DNA of 64,000 nucleotides from a virus. Positions 36,708 to 47,811 of this stretch are shown in pieces. Position numbers and translations under genes: made by a program. The stretch's first letter is position 1, and the number at the start of each line of letters is the position of its first letter. Under the pieces are notes generated by a model. That model made no database searches and was not told the origin of the DNA. It saw only the letters and a list, made by a program, of their open reading frames with translations. The DNA is taken from the IMG/VR virus record IMGVR_UViG_3300009183_005911, positions 4,322 to 68,321 of that record; one strand, given 5' to 3'.

Positions 36708-37378
36708 TAATTAAGATAGATAAGGGTATTAAAGAGCTAAAAATAGCTTTATTAGGGTTTAGACATCAGCTCCTTGTCGACGTGTTAGAAAGAAACAACC
36801 TTACCAACTATAAGATACTAAGTACATATGAAGAGATAGATGAAACGTCTGATATAGTATTCTTATCTGGCGTACATTATATAGTACCAGAAGTATACTT
36901 AAACAAACCAAAATACGGTGTCTACTGTTTTCACGAATCACCGCTACCAGAAGGTAGAGGTTCAGCACCAATACATTGGGCAGTATCAAATAATAGACCT
37001 AATTTAACAGTATCTTTATTTCAAGCTAATGCTAAAATAGATAAAGGGTTTATAGTAACTCAAGTTAATGTTCCTATAACTATAACAGATGTATATGAGG
37101 ATTTAGAGAAAAAAAGACTAGAAGGAATTAAACTAGCCTTTGAAGTTCTTTTAGAGGAACTCAGTGAAGGGTGCATTGTCTTAAGAAGACAGACAGGTTC
37201 ATCGAGCTATAATAAGAAACGTTCAATAACAAATTCAGAATTAGATGTAAATAAGACGTTAGCTGAGCTTTGGAATCATATTAGAGTATGTGATAACGAT
37301 AAGTTTCCTGCTTATTTTAAAGTAGGAGGTAAAAAGATAACAATTAATTATAAAGTAGAAGATGATTCAAGTAACTAG
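36704..37378 (+). CDS. sugar N-formyltransferase (Fmt-like)
   Basis: FHESPLPEGRGSAP, IDKG, FPAYF. Confidence 0.82.
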   Translation: MIIKIDKGIKELKIALLGFRHQLLVDVLERNNLTNYKILSTYEEIDETSDIVFLSGVHYIVPEVYLNKPKYGVYCFHESPLPEGRGSAPIHWAVSNNRPNLTVSLFQANAKIDKGFIVTQVNVPITITDVYEDLEKKRLEGIKLAFEVLLEELSEGCIVLRRQTGSSSYNKKRSITNSELDVNKTLAELWNHIRVCDNDKFPAYFKVGGKKITINYKVEDDSSN

Positions 37379-38261
37379 ATGTCCCTTAAGAATATCATTA
37401 GCAGGCGGCTCGACTGATTTACAGGAGTATTTAAAGCAGTACAAGGAAGGAGCAGTTATATCCTTTACTCCTAATTTGTTTACTTATATTATAATGAATA
37501 GATCATCTGATGATCATTACAAAGTAATATACTCAAACGTTGAAAGAGTAGTTGATACAAAAGATATAAAGAATGATATTGCTAGAGAAGTACTAACCTA
37601 CTTTAATATGCCTCCTATAGAGGTTATATTTACAGCAGATATTCCATCATCGGGATCAGGCCTAGCTTCTTCGTCTTCCTATATGGTTAACTTAATTAAA
37701 GCCTGCCTTCAATTCCATAAAGAAGAAATGACTGAAGCAGCAATAGGTAAAATAGCTATTATGCTAGAACGTAGATTTAATCCTCTAACCGGATATCAGG
37801 ACATATGGGGATGTCTATTAGACGGACTTAAAGTACTTAAATTCAATGAGAATGGATTATTATCTTATAAGAAATTAACAACAGGTATTTTTGATGAATA
37901 CGATTTTTACTTAGTGTCTACAAATACTACCCGTTCATCGACTAGTATCTTAGAGACTATAGATTATAGTAAGGTACATGATATGTCTTTAAATACTATG
38001 TTAATGTGGGATGCAATTAACGATAATGACCCTAGTAGGGTGAAGCATTTAATTAATTCCGGATGGGAGCAAAAAAAATTAACTTCTCCTTCTATTATTA
38101 ATGAACAAGTAAGTAGAATTGAAGAAACATTAAGTAAGATTCCTTCTGTAGCTGCTTGGAGATTAATAGGAGCAGGTAATGGAGGATATTTTCTTGTTTT
38201 AACCGAAAAAAATAGCTATCTTCCTCTTAAGAATATAAAAATAAGTTTATACAATGAATAA
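37362..38261 (+). CDS. GHMP kinase, HddA-like heptose-7-phosphate kinase
   Basis: PLRISLAGGSTD, DIPSSGSGLASSSS, GYQD, GAGNGGY. Confidence 0.88.
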   Translation: MIQVTRCPLRISLAGGSTDLQEYLKQYKEGAVISFTPNLFTYIIMNRSSDDHYKVIYSNVERVVDTKDIKNDIAREVLTYFNMPPIEVIFTADIPSSGSGLASSSSYMVNLIKACLQFHKEEMTEAAIGKIAIMLERRFNPLTGYQDIWGCLLDGLKVLKFNENGLLSYKKLTTGIFDEYDFYLVSTNTTRSSTSILETIDYSKVHDMSLNTMLMWDAINDNDPSRVKHLINSGWEQKKLTSPSIINEQVSRIEETLSKIPSVAAWRLIGAGNGGYFLVLTEKNSYLPLKNIKISLYNE

Positions 38262-39177
38262 AGTAGTATTAGTTGGATGCGGATACTGGGGTAAGAATTG
38301 GTATAATACCTTAACTAAAATGCAAGATGTAAGACTAGTAGCAGTGATTGACCCTAATCCTGTTATTCCTGTATTAGGACAAGTAGATACCTTAGAAGAA
38401 TTTCATCAAAGAGATTATGATTATGATTATGTTATTATAGCTACTCAAGCTGAATACCACAAAAGCTACTTTAATTACTTCAAAGATAAAATACCACAAG
38501 AGAATATCTTAATTGAAAAACCATGTGGTGTGTTGGAAGAAAGAAAAGACCTCCTAGGATGTTTCCCAGGATACCTCTTTCTCTCATCTCCTCAGTACAA
38601 GATAATCAAGTCAATGCTTAAAAATAAGACTTTAGGTGATAAGATTCTATATTCTACCTTTAAACGAGCATCAATGGGACCTAGAATTAGAACAGATGTA
38701 AGTATTATTGAAGACTATATGATACACGACCTCTACCTTTATTGTGCTCTATTTGAACATAACGAGAATGAAGTAAGCGGAGCATTAATGAGTAACTTCG
38801 ATAAACCTGTATTAGAAGATACGGCATTTCTTACTGTAAAAGCTTCTGAACAAGTAACAACATTTTTTAGTTCTTGGAACTACCCACATAAAGAGCGTTT
38901 AATTGAGATAGTGGGAAATGAAGGAAGCGTAATATGGAAAGACGATAAAGTAACATTTACTCGTTCTTATTATAATAAAATAGAAGGTTTTGACAAGCAC
39001 CGTAATCCCGGATATGAATTAATTGAAGGCTCTGAAGCAGATGTAACGCCCGTAATTATTAAATCAAATCTGGAATTACAATTCGAAGACTTTATTAATA
39101 GAGTAGATCGTTCGAAAATACATGCTAATACCAATAACTTAATTTGGAATATTAAACAAAATTTCTTAAATTCATAA
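38254..39177 (+). CDS. Gfo/Idh/MocA family oxidoreductase
   Basis: VGCGYWG, LIEKP, DYMIHD. Confidence 0.87.
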   Translation: MNKVVLVGCGYWGKNWYNTLTKMQDVRLVAVIDPNPVIPVLGQVDTLEEFHQRDYDYDYVIIATQAEYHKSYFNYFKDKIPQENILIEKPCGVLEERKDLLGCFPGYLFLSSPQYKIIKSMLKNKTLGDKILYSTFKRASMGPRIRTDVSIIEDYMIHDLYLYCALFEHNENEVSGALMSNFDKPVLEDTAFLTVKASEQVTTFFSSWNYPHKERLIEIVGNEGSVIWKDDKVTFTRSYYNKIEGFDKHRNPGYELIEGSEADVTPVIIKSNLELQFEDFINRVDRSKIHANTNNLIWNIKQNFLNS

Positions 39178-39178
39178 T

Positions 39179-40359
39179 ATGAGTAGAAAAATACCCTTAG
39201 GTAAACCTTACCTTAATACTGAGAACATCTTAAGTGAGATAAGAACTGTATTAGATGCAAAATGGATAAGCGGTGGTCCAACCATTGCTAAGTTTGAAGA
39301 AGCAATTCAAGCCTATAACCAAGGCGGCTTTCCAGTAGCAGTAGCGAATGGAACAATTGCAATTGATATGGCTTTATTAAAGCTAAATAACGGTAACCGA
39401 TATACAGAGCAAGATGAAATTATCGTTCCATCTTGGAGCTGGGTTGCATAGGCTTTTCACCTATTAATGTAGGAGCTTCTCCTGTATGGTGTGATGTTAA
39501 TTCTTACGGAGTACCTGATGTTGAGTCGATTGAGCCGTTAATTACTAAAAACACTAAAGCAATTATAGTAGTACATCAAATGGGAGTACCGTGTGATATG
39601 GATGCTATCAATAGCCTATCAGATAAGTATAGCATTCCAGTAGTAGAAGACGCAGCCTGTGCATTTGGTTCAGAGTATAAAGAAATAAGAATTGGTAATA
39701 GTAAAAACTTAGTTACATATTCTTTACAAGCAAGAAAATGCTTAACGACAGGAGAGGGTGGTTTTGTAATTGCTAGAGATGAAAAAGAAGCTGAGTGGTT
39801 TAAGTCTTATAGAGCTTTCGGTACAAGTGTATCACCTCTCGAAAGAGATAAAGCAACTTTCTTATTAAAAGAGCAATTTGCTATGTTAGGTACTAATCAT
39901 AAGATTAGTGATATAACAGCTGCAGTTGGATTAGCTCAGCTTAGAACGTTTGACGAAGAAGTTATTTTAAGAGATCATGCAGGTAAAACTTATAATAAGT
40001 TAGTCGAAGAGCGTTTAAAAGGTTATGCAGAGATAGCCAATAAGGTACCAGATTACTGTACTAGGTACAACTGGCAGAATTATCATATTATGCTTACTCA
40101 AGATATTAATAGAGATGCAGTTGTCGATGCGTTAAGAAAAAAAGGTATTGGATGTAAGTGGGATATTCAATGTATTCATTTAGAACCTTTATTTAGAAAT
40201 AAGCATAATGACTTAGATTTATACTACTCACAACGTTTTCATAATAACGGTTTATGGTTGCCGTTTTTTGCTGAAATTACATTAGATGATCAAGAGTATG
40301 TTATTAATACATTAAAAGAAATATTAGATGGATTTAAAGGAATTGATACAATCGCTTAG
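39179..40359 (+). CDS. DegT/DnrJ/EryC1/StrS aminotransferase (frameshift near 39448)
   Basis: N-terminal part GGPTIAKFE, VANGTIA, IIVPSWSWVA continues in another frame as GFSPINVGA..., EDAACAFG, KCLTTGEGG. Confidence 0.85.
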
Positions 40360-40822
40360 TGAAGTTAATCATCATGAGTTAAGTCATTTAAAACGTTTAA
40401 TTGACAGTCATAAAGAAATTATAATCATAGGTAATGGTGGTTCAAATGCTATTGCTTCTCATATGGCTGTTGATTATACTAAGTTTTTAGGTAAACGTTG
40501 TTTTGTACCTAATGCATCTGATATGATGACTATGATAGTAAATGATTACGGAGCTGAGAATATGTACTCAAAATTTATTGAATACAACTATACTAAAGAC
40601 TCACTAGTTATTTTAATTTCATCATCAGGTAATAGCCAAAATATTGTTAACGCTAATTTCACAGCTAGTGATTTAGGTTTAGATATTATAACATTAACAG
40701 GTTTTGATCGTAATAATAAACTAAGCTCTTTCTCAAGAGGAATTTTAGACATTTGGGTTGACAGTAAATCATATGGTGTAGTTGAAATGGCTCATCATTC
40801 AATTTTACATTCTGCTGTATGA
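40328..40822 (+). CDS. gmhA: phosphoheptose isomerase GmhA (SIS domain)
   Basis: GNGGSNAIASH, NDYG, ISSSGNSQNI, VEMAH. Confidence 0.85.
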   Translation: MDLKELIQSLSEVNHHELSHLKRLIDSHKEIIIIGNGGSNAIASHMAVDYTKFLGKRCFVPNASDMMTMIVNDYGAENMYSKFIEYNYTKDSLVILISSSGNSQNIVNANFTASDLGLDIITLTGFDRNNKLSSFSRGILDIWVDSKSYGVVEMAHHSILHSAV

Positions 40823-41229
40823 TAAGAGGATTTTTAGCAGGAGCATTTGATGTAATACACCCAGGTTATATTGCATTGTTTAAAGAAGCAAAAGAGCATT
40901 GCGATTATTTAATTATAGGACTTAATAAAAATCCTGAAGTAGGCGGTAAATTAAAACCTATCTTAACTGCTGAAGAAAGACTTGAAATTCTTTCTAGCAT
41001 TAAGTACGTCGATTTAGTGTTAATGTATTCAGGAGAAGATCGGCTGTACGATTTATTAGAAGGCTCTAAAATAGATATTAGGTTTCTAGGAGACGACTAT
41101 AAACAAAAACAAATAACTGGATCAGATTTAAAAATACCTATACACTACTTAAATAGGTCTCACGGATGGTCAACGACTAAATTTAAAACTTTAATATACG
41201 AACAAATCAATGCAAAAAATCTACTCTAA
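40819..41229 (+). CDS. cytidylyl/adenylyltransferase (TagD/RfaE-like)
   Basis: GAFDVIHPGY, ER, GDDY, STT. Confidence 0.85.
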   Translation: MIRGFLAGAFDVIHPGYIALFKEAKEHCDYLIIGLNKNPEVGGKLKPILTAEERLEILSSIKYVDLVLMYSGEDRLYDLLEGSKIDIRFLGDDYKQKQITGSDLKIPIHYLNRSHGWSTTKFKTLIYEQINAKNLL

Positions 41230-41623
41230 AATCGAACCAGAAACTCTCTTACATATTATTGTAAGAAAGGAGGATATAACTCCTGGAAGGCAGGATATAG
41301 TATCTGAAGAAAATTTTATTCAATGCTCTATTCTTAATATGGAAAAAGGTAAGACTTTTAGACCTCATAGACATATTTGGAAGCAAAGAGATAGATTGGT
41401 AATAGCTCAAGAAAGTTGGATAGTAATCCAAGGTAGAGTACAATGTACTTTCTATGATTTAGATAACACGATCATAGCTACCCCAGTATTAGAAGTAGGC
41501 GATGCTAGCTTTACTTTACAAGGGGGTCATAACTATACTATTTTAGAAGATGATACTTTAGTATACGAATATAAGACAGGACCTTACGAAGGCCAAGCTC
41601 TCGATAAAACATTTATAGATTAA
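41210..41623 (+). CDS. cupin-fold protein (WbuC-like)
   Basis: PHRH, QE, GGHNY, EYKTGPY. Confidence 0.75.
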   Translation: MQKIYSKIEPETLLHIIVRKEDITPGRQDIVSEENFIQCSILNMEKGKTFRPHRHIWKQRDRLVIAQESWIVIQGRVQCTFYDLDNTIIATPVLEVGDASFTLQGGHNYTILEDDTLVYEYKTGPYEGQALDKTFID

Positions 41624-42567
41624 TGAAAAAAGTATTTTTTGTTTTAGATCATAAGCATTCTGAAATACAGGATTATAGCGCAGCTATTATATACTGGTAC
41701 GGCGTATTAGATAGAATGGGCTACGAAGTAGTATACGAAGACTACGCTAAATATAATCCTGATGAGTTCTATAAGAAAGTTAGAGAGGAAAAACCTTATA
41801 TGGTTATTTTAGTTAACTACTTTAGAACTATTCATACAGAGTTTTCTCGTTTTAGAGACATTACTAAAGTTTATTTATTGCAGACTGACATGCATAGGTT
41901 TTACGATGAGCATGTTAAATTATGGATACCTTATGTAGATGGAATTATTAATTACGAAGGAACCAAAGAGTGGTGCTTAAGAGACGGCTTGTCTGAAGAA
42001 GGTTTTTTGAGGATGAGATGGGGTTTTAATCCTAATATGATGTGTCACGGTCAAAATGATAAAACAAAAAGTATAAGCTTTTACGGAGGTATGCATGGCG
42101 ATAGAGCGCAAATACTAAGCAATTTATCTAGACAGATACCTATAGACGTTATTCCGCAATCAGCTACCTATGAACAAGTTAAGCAAGTTCTATCTGAATC
42201 TAACTTTAGTTTAAACTTAAGTATGAATGCACCAGCTAATAGGAGAGAACTTAAAGGCAGAGTAATTGAAATACCTGCTCACTGTATTTTATTATCTGAA
42301 CCAGCTCCTGAACTAGAGACATACTACAACGAAGATGAATTTATATTATTTAATTCAGTAGAGGAAGCAATAGAAAAAGTAAAGAGCTTAAACGATAAAC
42401 AAATAGTAGAGTTATTTAAACGAGGTAACAAAGCATTATGGGAACGTAATACAGCCTATCACGAGTGGAATAAAATACTTCCTTTAATGGATCCTGACTT
42501 TAAAGAGGTAGACGTAAATAAATTAATTTATCAATATCATTCTGAATTTATACATTATGAACATTAA
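41623..42567 (+). CDS. glycosyltransferase-like protein (CgeB/Glyco_trans_1_2-like)
   Basis: SFYGGMHGDR, LNLS, KGRVIEIP, LLSE. Confidence 0.75.
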   Translation: MKKVFFVLDHKHSEIQDYSAAIIYWYGVLDRMGYEVVYEDYAKYNPDEFYKKVREEKPYMVILVNYFRTIHTEFSRFRDITKVYLLQTDMHRFYDEHVKLWIPYVDGIINYEGTKEWCLRDGLSEEGFLRMRWGFNPNMMCHGQNDKTKSISFYGGMHGDRAQILSNLSRQIPIDVIPQSATYEQVKQVLSESNFSLNLSMNAPANRRELKGRVIEIPAHCILLSEPAPELETYYNEDEFILFNSVEEAIEKVKSLNDKQIVELFKRGNKALWERNTAYHEWNKILPLMDPDFKEVDVNKLIYQYHSEFIHYEH

Positions 42568-43087
42568 AATAGATAGTGAAGATGTTTACATACATAGTGA
42601 TGTAGAGATCAAACGAGAGTACTTAATAGGAAATCATGTTGCTATAGATAAAGGAGTTTACTGTAGTACTAATATAGAGATTGGGGATTATGTTCATATA
42701 AGCCCTTACGTAACTATTATAGGAGGTAAGCATGGACAGTTTATAGCTAAAGGATTTAACAATATAATGGCCGGTGCTAGAATTATATGTGGTTCAGATA
42801 GATTTGACGATAGCGGTCTATTTGGTGCAATGATTCCAGAATGGGTAGGAAAAGGTAGACAAATTATTAAACCTGTTACTATGGAAGAATTCTCTAATAT
42901 AGGAACAAACGCAATAGTAATGCCAGGTTCTACTTTAAGACAAGGAGTATTACTTGCGGCAGGAAGTTTATTGATTGGCGATACGATACCTTGGGGAGTC
43001 TATAAAGGAAACCCGGCAGTACTAACTAAAGTAGTAGATAAGACAAAAGCATTAGAAACAGTAAAACTATTAGGGTATGAATTTTAA
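42557..43087 (+). CDS. hexapeptide-repeat O-acetyltransferase
   Basis: IGDYVHI, IGTNAIVMPG, GNPA. Confidence 0.82.
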   Translation: MNIKIDSEDVYIHSDVEIKREYLIGNHVAIDKGVYCSTNIEIGDYVHISPYVTIIGGKHGQFIAKGFNNIMAGARIICGSDRFDDSGLFGAMIPEWVGKGRQIIKPVTMEEFSNIGTNAIVMPGSTLRQGVLLAAGSLLIGDTIPWGVYKGNPAVLTKVVDKTKALETVKLLGYEF

Positions 43088-43667
43088 TGTAGTAACAGAA
43101 TTTGAAAAGAAGATAGCAGAGTTCTTTGGAGCTCCTTATGCTATTGCAGTAGACAGCTGTACACACGGTATTGAATTAGCTCTACGCTATACAGATGCTA
43201 AACTAATTAGTGTACCGAGAAATACTTACCTCTCTATTCCTTTCTTAGCTAAAAAATTAAACATAGAATTATGCTGGAAGGAAGAAGATTGGAAAGATTA
43301 TTATTACTTAGCTGCAGGCGTTATTGATGCAGCTGTATTATGGAAGCCTAAAAGTTATGTACCAAATACCTTTATGGGAATTAGTTTTCAATACCAAAAA
43401 CACTTATCTTTGGGTAGAGGCGGTATTTTACTTGTAGATAATTCTCATGCTGCAGAGCAGATTAAGAAGATGTCTTACGATGGTAGATTACCTAACATAC
43501 CTTGGAGAGATCAAAATATTGATACTGTAGGTTATCATTACTATATGACACCTGAAACAGCTCAATTAGGATTAGATAAATTACCGAAGGCTATTGAAAC
43601 AGAACCAAGACAATGGACTGTAAATGATTGGCCTGATTTAACACAAATGGAAATATTTAAAAAATGA
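43077..43667 (+). CDS. short DegT-like PLP-dependent aminotransferase
   Basis: AVDSCTHGI, DAA, SFQYQKHLSLGRGG, GYHYYM. Confidence 0.8.
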   Translation: MNFNVVTEFEKKIAEFFGAPYAIAVDSCTHGIELALRYTDAKLISVPRNTYLSIPFLAKKLNIELCWKEEDWKDYYYLAAGVIDAAVLWKPKSYVPNTFMGISFQYQKHLSLGRGGILLVDNSHAAEQIKKMSYDGRLPNIPWRDQNIDTVGYHYYMTPETAQLGLDKLPKAIETEPRQWTVNDWPDLTQMEIFKK

Positions 43668-44638
43668 AGAAAGCCTTTATTACCGGTATAGCCGGTCAGG
43701 ATGGAAGTTATTTAGCAGAGTACTTGTTAGAGTTAGGCTACGAAGTACATGGAATTATTAGACGTAATTCAGTACCAGAGAACCAGCAAAGCCGTCTAGA
43801 GAACGTTAGAGGTAATTTGCACGTTTCTTATGGCGATCTATTAGACCAATCTAGTATCGAACATTTACTAGATAGAGTACAGCCAGATGAAATCTATAAC
43901 ATAGCAGCACAAAGCCATGTTCGTATTAGCTACGACATACCTCAATTTACAACACAGACAAACGCATTAGGGGTCTTGAATGTATTAGAAGCTTATAGAC
44001 GTTCTTGCCCTACAGCTAAGTTCTATCAAGCTAGTAGTTCAGAGATGTTTGGTAGTTCAGTAGATGCAGATGGATATCAAAGAGAGTCTACTCCAATGAC
44101 TCCAGTATCACCTTACGGCTGTACAAAAGTATTTGGATATAACATTGTGAGGAACTATCGTAATGCTTATAAGTTACATGCATCGAATGGTATTTTATTT
44201 AACCATGAATCACCTAGAAGAGGTTCTAACTTTGTAACTAATAAGGTAGTTAAGTCTGCTGTAGAGATCTACTTAGGTCAGAGAGAGGATTTAACATTAG
44301 GAAACTTAGATGCTTATAGAGATTGGGGTCATTCAAAAGACTATGTAAGAGCAATGCATTTAATATTACAGCAACCTCAAGCAGGTGATTGGGTAGTAGC
44401 TACAGGAGAGACTAGATCGGTAAGAGATATGTGTGAGTATGTATTTAGCAAATTGAATATGGATTATAATACTTTTGTTAAGCAGGATAATAAGTTCTTA
44501 AGACCAGAAGAGCTTCCGTACTTAAAAGGAGATCCATCTAGAATTAAAGCTTTAGGATGGACACCAGAGTATACTTTTGAAAGTATGATGGACGAGATGA
44601 TCGAATATTGGATGGTACAGTTACGTAAAGCAATTTAA
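43664..44638 (+). CDS. gmd: GDP-mannose 4,6-dehydratase
   Basis: ITGIAGQDGSYL, AAQSHV, YQASSSEMFG, GILFNHESPRRG, RDWGH. Confidence 0.95.
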   Translation: MKKAFITGIAGQDGSYLAEYLLELGYEVHGIIRRNSVPENQQSRLENVRGNLHVSYGDLLDQSSIEHLLDRVQPDEIYNIAAQSHVRISYDIPQFTTQTNALGVLNVLEAYRRSCPTAKFYQASSSEMFGSSVDADGYQRESTPMTPVSPYGCTKVFGYNIVRNYRNAYKLHASNGILFNHESPRRGSNFVTNKVVKSAVEIYLGQREDLTLGNLDAYRDWGHSKDYVRAMHLILQQPQAGDWVVATGETRSVRDMCEYVFSKLNMDYNTFVKQDNKFLRPEELPYLKGDPSRIKALGWTPEYTFESMMDEMIEYWMVQLRKAI

Positions 44639-44639
44639 T

Positions 44640-45887
44640 ATGTTTCAAGAAATAACATTTATTATACCGGTTAGAAATAACCAGAAGTATGCCTTACAGG
44701 CTTATAAGTCTATTAGAAAGTATCACCCTGAAGAACATTACATAGTTCTTTTAGATGATGCTTCAACAGATAAGACTTGGGATTGGATTCAACAAACAGC
44801 TAAGTGGGATGAAAAAGTAATAGCTTATCGAAACGAAAGTAAAGAGAGAGTAGGACATACTGTACTGTATGACAAGGGTGTAGAATTAGCTCCTACAGAG
44901 ATTATTTCGATCTTACATAGCGATATGGTTATAACAGAAAACTATGTTCATAATATATTAAAGCATTTAAAACCTGGAGTAGTTATAAGTGCAACTAGAA
45001 TAGAACCTCCTTTGCATCCTCCAGGACCTGAAAAGTTTGTAATGAACTTCGGAATGGAACCAGAGGAGTTTACAGCTAAACAAAAAGAGTTTAAAGACTT
45101 TGTTGAAGTAAAAGAGAAAGAGTATAGTGATATAACCTCAGAAGGTATCTTTGCTCCATGGACTATGAATAAGAGCGACTTTATAGCAATAGGCGGACAT
45201 GATTTATTATTTGCACCGATGGAGTTAGAAGATTCTGATATCTTTAATAGAATGCAACTAGCAGGTTATGAATTTATTCAATCAAGAGATGCTTTTGTTT
45301 ATCATATGACCTGTAGAGGTAGTAGGTTTAAAGATGGTATTGAAATTGAAAGAGAGATACCTTTACCTGACGGAACGATTTGGTATAAGCCAAAAGACTC
45401 TGAAGAGTATTTAAAGTTAAGGCATAATAAGTTTAAAGAGTGGTGGAGAAAATGGCATACAGATGTACTTCATGATGTTAATATGAAACCAATCGTACCT
45501 AGTAGATATGAAACAGCTTTTGTAATTCATAACTGTAACTTAGGTTTAATTAAAGTCTTAGAGCCTTGGTGTGATGTCTTATACACAGATGATGAATTAG
45601 GTATAATAGAGGCTGCTTACTATGAAACTGAACATAAGGAAACTATGTTTGATTTAAAATCTAAGTTTAAGGTAGCAAAATATAATGCTCCTAAAGAGGA
45701 TATAGTAGTAGAGTTTGATGCAACAAGCTTAACTGAAGAGCATTATAATAACTTCATTAAGCAACTTCCTTTAATTCTAGATACGACTACTGAGGTAGGT
45801 ACCTATAAGTTTGATATATTTACATTGACTATCAATAGCTTACAGAAAAAAGACATGATCAAACCTTGGTTTAAAAATATATTTTAG
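44640..45887 (+). CDS. glycosyltransferase family 2
   Basis: FIIPVRNN, DDASTD, HSDM, EDSD, YH. Confidence 0.85.
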   Translation: MFQEITFIIPVRNNQKYALQAYKSIRKYHPEEHYIVLLDDASTDKTWDWIQQTAKWDEKVIAYRNESKERVGHTVLYDKGVELAPTEIISILHSDMVITENYVHNILKHLKPGVVISATRIEPPLHPPGPEKFVMNFGMEPEEFTAKQKEFKDFVEVKEKEYSDITSEGIFAPWTMNKSDFIAIGGHDLLFAPMELEDSDIFNRMQLAGYEFIQSRDAFVYHMTCRGSRFKDGIEIEREIPLPDGTIWYKPKDSEEYLKLRHNKFKEWWRKWHTDVLHDVNMKPIVPSRYETAFVIHNCNLGLIKVLEPWCDVLYTDDELGIIEAAYYETEHKETMFDLKSKFKVAKYNAPKEDIVVEFDATSLTEEHYNNFIKQLPLILDTTTEVGTYKFDIFTLTINSLQKKDMIKPWFKNIF

Positions 45888-45899
45888 CTATTTATTTGT

Positions 45900-46664
45900 A
45901 TGCGAAGTTTATCAATTTTATTAGAAGAAGCCAATATTGTTCCAGATACTAAGTTTAAAAAGCAGCTCGAAAAAGCAGTTAAGTATTTGAATACGAAGGG
46001 TAAGGTATTACTCATAACTACTTCTAATAGAGGAGAATATGCAACAAAAGACTTACACGATAGTCCTAAATCTACTCGTATTGCAGAAGTAATTCAAAGG
46101 TCTTTAGGTGCACACAGATGCACTCTAGTAGATGTTTCTAAGTTAAAAATATACGAGTGTGAAGGAAATGTATCTAATAGCGATGGTAATAGCTGCGGAA
46201 CTAGAGACTGTAAAGAAAAAAATCCTGCTAAAAATCCTTCAGGACATTTAAGATGCTGGGCTTCTTTTCATAACGAAGACGATGAACTTTGGAAAGTAGT
46301 AACACCTTTATTAGAGTCACACGTAGTAGTATTTATGGGCTCTATTAGATGGGGACAAGCCAATGCTTATTATCAAAAGCTAATTGAGAGATTAGATTGG
46401 ATTGAGAATAGACATACTACTTTAGGAGAAAAAAACATTATAAAGGATATCGAATCAGGCTTTATCTTTATAGGTCAGAACTGGAATGGAAGTAATGTAG
46501 TAAAGACACAAAAGCAGGTTCATGAATTCTACGGTTTTAAGCCGGTGAATGAACTATACTTTAATTGGCAATACACGGAAGACGTAAACGAAGAGTCTAA
46601 GGATAGTTACAAAGATGCAGCAAAGGTATTAGATAATATTATTAATACAAGAGCCTTATTATGA
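45900..46664 (+). CDS. flavodoxin-like NADPH-dependent FMN reductase family protein
   Basis: LLITTSNR, IYECEG, SIRWG, QKLIERL. Confidence 0.7.
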   Translation: MRSLSILLEEANIVPDTKFKKQLEKAVKYLNTKGKVLLITTSNRGEYATKDLHDSPKSTRIAEVIQRSLGAHRCTLVDVSKLKIYECEGNVSNSDGNSCGTRDCKEKNPAKNPSGHLRCWASFHNEDDELWKVVTPLLESHVVVFMGSIRWGQANAYYQKLIERLDWIENRHTTLGEKNIIKDIESGFIFIGQNWNGSNVVKTQKQVHEFYGFKPVNELYFNWQYTEDVNEESKDSYKDAAKVLDNIINTRALL

Positions 46665-47299
46665 TTACATTAACAGAGAGTCAATTTCATACAAATAAAA
46701 CTTGGAATGTACCTTTAGAATATAACATTCCGATTTCTATTCAACATCCAGAATGGTTAGAGCTATTTGATCAAGATGGGTATAGGCTTACAAAGCTTGA
46801 ATCTCATTATGCAGGAGCTAATAATCATGCACCAGTAAAACATGGTCACGAAATATGTCTAAGACAGGAATGGTTTACAGGGGAGAAAATATTAACAGGA
46901 CCGCATTTAAATCATGCATTTCTATTTGAAAGAAAAGGATATTCTGGAGAAGCTTTAGAGCAGTTAAAAGAGTACGCTAAGCAAAATAACTTAGTTTATA
47001 AGCTTACCAAGTACGTAGGTAAATGGGGCTTAGATTTTAATGTAGATTATGTAGATAGCTTAGGGAATTCAATAGAACTTCTTCATTATGAATCAGACTC
47101 TTTCAACTTACAAGAGATGCAAGACATAAAGGGAGTTTTAGAAGAAAGAATACTCAAAATAGATTGGGAAGCAGCAGCTAGGTACCTACAAATACGAAAG
47201 TATGAATGGATTGACTTAGATTTTTTAGAGCAATCAACATACAGAACAAATTATTTCCAACTACCGGCAGAGAGGTTTAGAATCAATGCCTGGGAGTAA
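46661..47299 (+). CDS. hypothetical protein
   Basis: 212-aa ORF. Confidence 0.6.
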   Translation: MITLTESQFHTNKTWNVPLEYNIPISIQHPEWLELFDQDGYRLTKLESHYAGANNHAPVKHGHEICLRQEWFTGEKILTGPHLNHAFLFERKGYSGEALEQLKEYAKQNNLVYKLTKYVGKWGLDFNVDYVDSLGNSIELLHYESDSFNLQEMQDIKGVLEERILKIDWEAAARYLQIRKYEWIDLDFLEQSTYRTNYFQLPAERFRINAWE

Positions 47300-47311
47300 C
47301 TATTTATAACT

Positions 47312-47794
47312 ATGAGAACAACACTAGCAGAAGCATTGCCGTCATTAATTCCGGAGTTTCCAGTAGAGATAGCTGGACATCATCTTACTTTAAGATTTGA
47401 TGTAAACATTAATAAGACAAAGAAAGGCGTTAAGCTTCAATTTGTTATGCAGGATACTCCGCAAGATCCTCGCCAGGCACAGCAAATGGCTAACGAGATT
47501 GGAACAGAGCTTCAACAAAAGTTTGGTCAAGCAGACATGCAAGTAATTTACGATGTTGAAAATCCATATAAGAATGTAATTGGTTTCTTACTACCACTAC
47601 CTTCTCTTGCTGATTATATTATTAAGCATATCTTACAAGGTGAAGGAGAAGGTCAAATGGTACAAAAGACTCCAGCAGCAAAAGAACCTGAAGCTGATGA
47701 AGAGACTCCTGAAGCACTTCCTGCAACTGAACAGCCTCCATCAGAAGAAGATCAAGTAAGAGAGATTATGATGAATAGAGCTGGTTTAAGATAA
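47312..47794 (+). CDS. hypothetical protein
   Basis: 160 aa after the CTATTTAT motif; acidic C-terminal tail. Confidence 0.6.
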   Translation: MRTTLAEALPSLIPEFPVEIAGHHLTLRFDVNINKTKKGVKLQFVMQDTPQDPRQAQQMANEIGTELQQKFGQADMQVIYDVENPYKNVIGFLLPLPSLADYIIKHILQGEGEGQMVQKTPAAKEPEADEETPEALPATEQPPSEEDQVREIMMNRAGLR

Positions 47795-47811
47795 AAAAAT
47801 GAATATTAGTT

